Notes under the pieces: model-generated | The model's database searches: none | Told to the model about the DNA's origin: nothing | What the model saw: only the letters and a program-made list of their open reading frames with translations | Part shown: positions 61,829-64,000 of the stretch, in pieces | Layout of the letters: the number at the start of each line of letters is the position of its first letter | How positions within the stretch are numbered: position 1 is the stretch's first letter | Assembly (NCBI GenBank): GCA_965197905.1 | Contig: CBDAOB010000005.1 | Location: forward strand, 1,440,001 to 1,504,000 | DNA length: 64,000 bases | Reading direction: 5' to 3' | DNA from: Candidatus Latescibacterota bacterium | Lineage (GTDB): Bacteria > Latescibacterota > UBA2968 > UBA8231 | Position numbers and translations under genes: made by a program

Positions 61829-64000
61829 GTGACAAAAGCCGCCCCACAAATAGTCGTAGAAGGGGCTGCTGAAGGACCTCTGCGTTCTCTGGACTTGGAG
61901 GTACCTCTCAACAGGCTCGTATGTTTCGCGGGGCGCAGCGGTTCCGGAAATCGTGCTCTGGCGCTTGACGTGCTGTGGGCCGAGAGTCGCCGGAGATACA
62001 CGATGGCACTCTCACCCCGAGATCGGGAGAAGCTGGGGGGGACCGCGAAGGTGGCTGTGGATCGCATTGCCGGCCTTCCCCCAGCGATGCTGGTCAACGG
62101 GCACAGAGTTAAGTCATTCGACACCGTAGCTTCCTTCCTTCAGCTAGATCGCCTACTCACTAGATTGTTTGTTGCCAGCGGCGAGCTCGCGTGCCCACGC
62201 TGTGGCGGCAGGTGTGCGAGCTTCTCGACAGAATCTGCTGCTGACCGGGTCATCGAAGGGTTTGCGGAACGCCGCTGTCACATTATCGCGCCCCTGGAGC
62301 TGTCCGCAGAATCCTCGTCTATGAGCAGCATTCTCGAACAGTTGATGGATGCCGGGTTCCGCCGGTTTTGGATTGACCGCGAGGAGTGCCTGTTGGAGGA
62401 GAGCGTCCCTGAGGACCTGCCCGCAAACGAATCGATCGCTGTTGTGGTCGACCGCATGGTCCCCAGAAGTTCGGAGCGACAGCGGTTGATCGAGTCCATC
62501 AACAACGCCCGTGCCATATCCCGTGGCAAAACGAAACTCCGCGATTTGGCAGCGGAGACCGATCTGCTCTTGAATAGGGATCCCACATGTACGGATTGCG
62601 GCAGCGTGTTTCGCTCTGCAAACGCCGAGCTTCTACTGCAGACGAACGGAAAAGATAAAGCAGAGGTTGTCCAGTATCGCTTGGGCGGCAAATCGGTGGA
62701 AGAAACACTGCAGCTTTCCTGCGCTGAGATCAGACAGTTTCTCAGCCGCGTCCCGGATGCGGAAGACATCCATGAACGGTGCGAAAGGCTGCTGTCGGAA
62801 ATGGCGGCGGCCGGATTATCTGCGATGCCGCCGGCGGCGCGGAATTCTCGGCTTTCCATGACCGAGCGCATGCGACTTGAGCTGGTATCCTGTGCCAACG
62901 ATGGGATGGCAGGTCTGCTTTACGTCGTTGAGAATCCAACCGCCGGAATGAACGACGAGGGGGCTGCGAGCCTCATCCCGGTGTTGCGCGTGTTGGTGGC
63001 GCGGGGGAACTCGGTATTGGTGGTCGACAATAGCCAAGCTGCGCTGGAAGTTGCCGACGTCGTGTTTCACTTCTCCAAAGGAGAGATCGTAGAGGAGAAG
63101 GTCGGAAAGGCGACCGGGACGCGAACGCGCTCGCGGAAGTCAAGCGAGCGGAAGCTCTTGGTCTCTGCTCGCGCAGATCCGCTTTTTGACAGGGTCGATG
63201 TGGAACTTCCCTGCCGGTGTCTGATCGGCGTCTGCGGCCCTGCCGCGTCGGGTAAAAGCTTCTTTCTCACCGAGGTTCTGGTTCCGGCGTTGATCGGTAA
63301 ATCGAAGGGTGCTCGTTCGGTCGCCGTCGGCGACGAAGCGGGCAAAAAGCGAGTCGTTCTGGTGTCACCCCAGACCGAAGCGCCGGGGAGTACTCTTCTT
63401 GCCGAGTTGGGACTCTCGGCTCATCTGGGGAATCTGTTTGCATCGACACCGGCCGCCATCGAGCGCGGGTATCCGGCCGAGTGGTTTCAGCTTGAATCGC
63501 CAGGGGGTCGCTGTAGTCAGTGCGAAGGCCGCGGGCTGTTGTCCTACGAATTGGGAATTTTGGAAGAGGTGGAGGTCGTTTGCCCTCGATGCCGAGGCAG
63601 CCGTTTCAGGAGCGAGCTATTGGAAGTGACCTTGAAAGGATCAAGTATTGCCGACCTCTTGTCCGCTACCGTTGATCAGTTCCGGGATCATTTCGGGAGG
63701 GACCAGAAGGTGCGGTCGCGGATGAACGCTCTAGTTTTGTGTGGGTTGGGTCACTGCCGATTGGGCCAGAGTAGTGCCACGCTCGAGCGCGGGGAGCGCG
63801 TCCTTCTTCGCCTCTCTGTAGAGTTGGGCTCGGTCAGCTCGCGGGATTTTATAGTCGTTACCGATGCGGCTGGCCTCGATCACCCGGACGACATCGCGGT
63901 TCTGGTCCGGGTTGCCGATGCGCTGGTGGCCAAAGGGGCGACGATCTTTTTCGAAACGAATGATCAGCGTATCCTGACAGAAGTTGACTGGTGGCTCGAG
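61829..64000 (+). CDS. UvrA-like protein with degenerate ATPase motifs (3' partial)
   Basis: Hand translation from GTG 61829: LDLEVPLNRLVCFAGRSGSG, AESRRRY, CPRCG, GRCSQCEGRG..CPRCRGSRF; runs off the window end. Confidence 0.82.
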   Translation, partial: MTKAAPQIVVEGAAEGPLRSLDLEVPLNRLVCFAGRSGSGNRALALDVLWAESRRRYTMALSPRDREKLGGTAKVAVDRIAGLPPAMLVNGHRVKSFDTVASFLQLDRLLTRLFVASGELACPRCGGRCASFSTESAADRVIEGFAERRCHIIAPLELSAESSSMSSILEQLMDAGFRRFWIDREECLLEESVPEDLPANESIAVVVDRMVPRSSERQRLIESINNARAISRGKTKLRDLAAETDLLLNRDPTCTDCGSVFRSANAELLLQTNGKDKAEVVQYRLGGKSVEETLQLSCAEIRQFLSRVPDAEDIHERCERLLSEMAAAGLSAMPPAARNSRLSMTERMRLELVSCANDGMAGLLYVVENPTAGMNDEGAASLIPVLRVLVARGNSVLVVDNSQAALEVADVVFHFSKGEIVEEKVGKATGTRTRSRKSSERKLLVSARADPLFDRVDVELPCRCLIGVCGPAASGKSFFLTEVLVPALIGKSKGARSVAVGDEAGKKRVVLVSPQTEAPGSTLLAELGLSAHLGNLFASTPAAIERGYPAEWFQLESPGGRCSQCEGRGLLSYELGILEEVEVVCPRCRGSRFRSELLEVTLKGSSIADLLSATVDQFRDHFGRDQKVRSRMNALVLCGLGHCRLGQSSATLERGERVLLRLSVELGSVSSRDFIVVTDAAGLDHPDDIAVLVRVADALVAKGATIFFETNDQRILTEVDWWLE

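Noticed and set aside
1..64000. CRISPR array, rRNA or complete tRNA
   Set aside because: No regularly spaced repeats, rRNA-like tract or full cloverleaf seen by eye

Overview
Bacterial, GC-rich window with two parts. (1) About 1-26.8 kb is a decaying composite genomic island. It holds the tail of a large serine recombinase, fragments of Type I and single-chain restriction-modification genes, a LexA-like pseudogene, a broken tyrosine integrase, HEPN-like genes and an E1(ThiF)+DUF6527 pair. It also holds a primase remnant and an HK97-type packaging/head module (HNH, ParB-MTase, TerS, TerL, portal, protease, capsid, two neck proteins) with no tail genes. After that come a GGCT remnant, an HTH_17 protein, an AlbA_2/Schlafen-ATPase, a scrambled SNF2 helicase fragment and a qatABCD anti-phage operon with 5'-truncated qatA. 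The island ends at a probable tRNA 3'-end remnant plus hairpin (~26.74-26.80 kb). Many island genes are broken by frameshifts or microhomology-bounded deletions; real decay cannot be told from assembly/amplification artefact without reads. (2) About 27-64 kb is mostly intact chromosome: receiver protein, sigma-70 factor, an SGNH gene split by an IS1595 remnant, a type III PKS/oxidoreductase/methyltransferase cluster, catabolic enzymes, an Mla-like ABC operon, a cobalamin riboswitch with a Btu-like transporter, a di-heme protein/Rieske/porin operon behind a DtxR-like palindrome, and a UvrA paralog with degenerate ATPase motifs. FlgD/T9SS-like C-terminal tails suggest an FCB-type host such as Latescibacterota (inference only). 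No rRNA, complete tRNA or CRISPR array was seen. All family calls are from motif recognition by eye; no database search was run.
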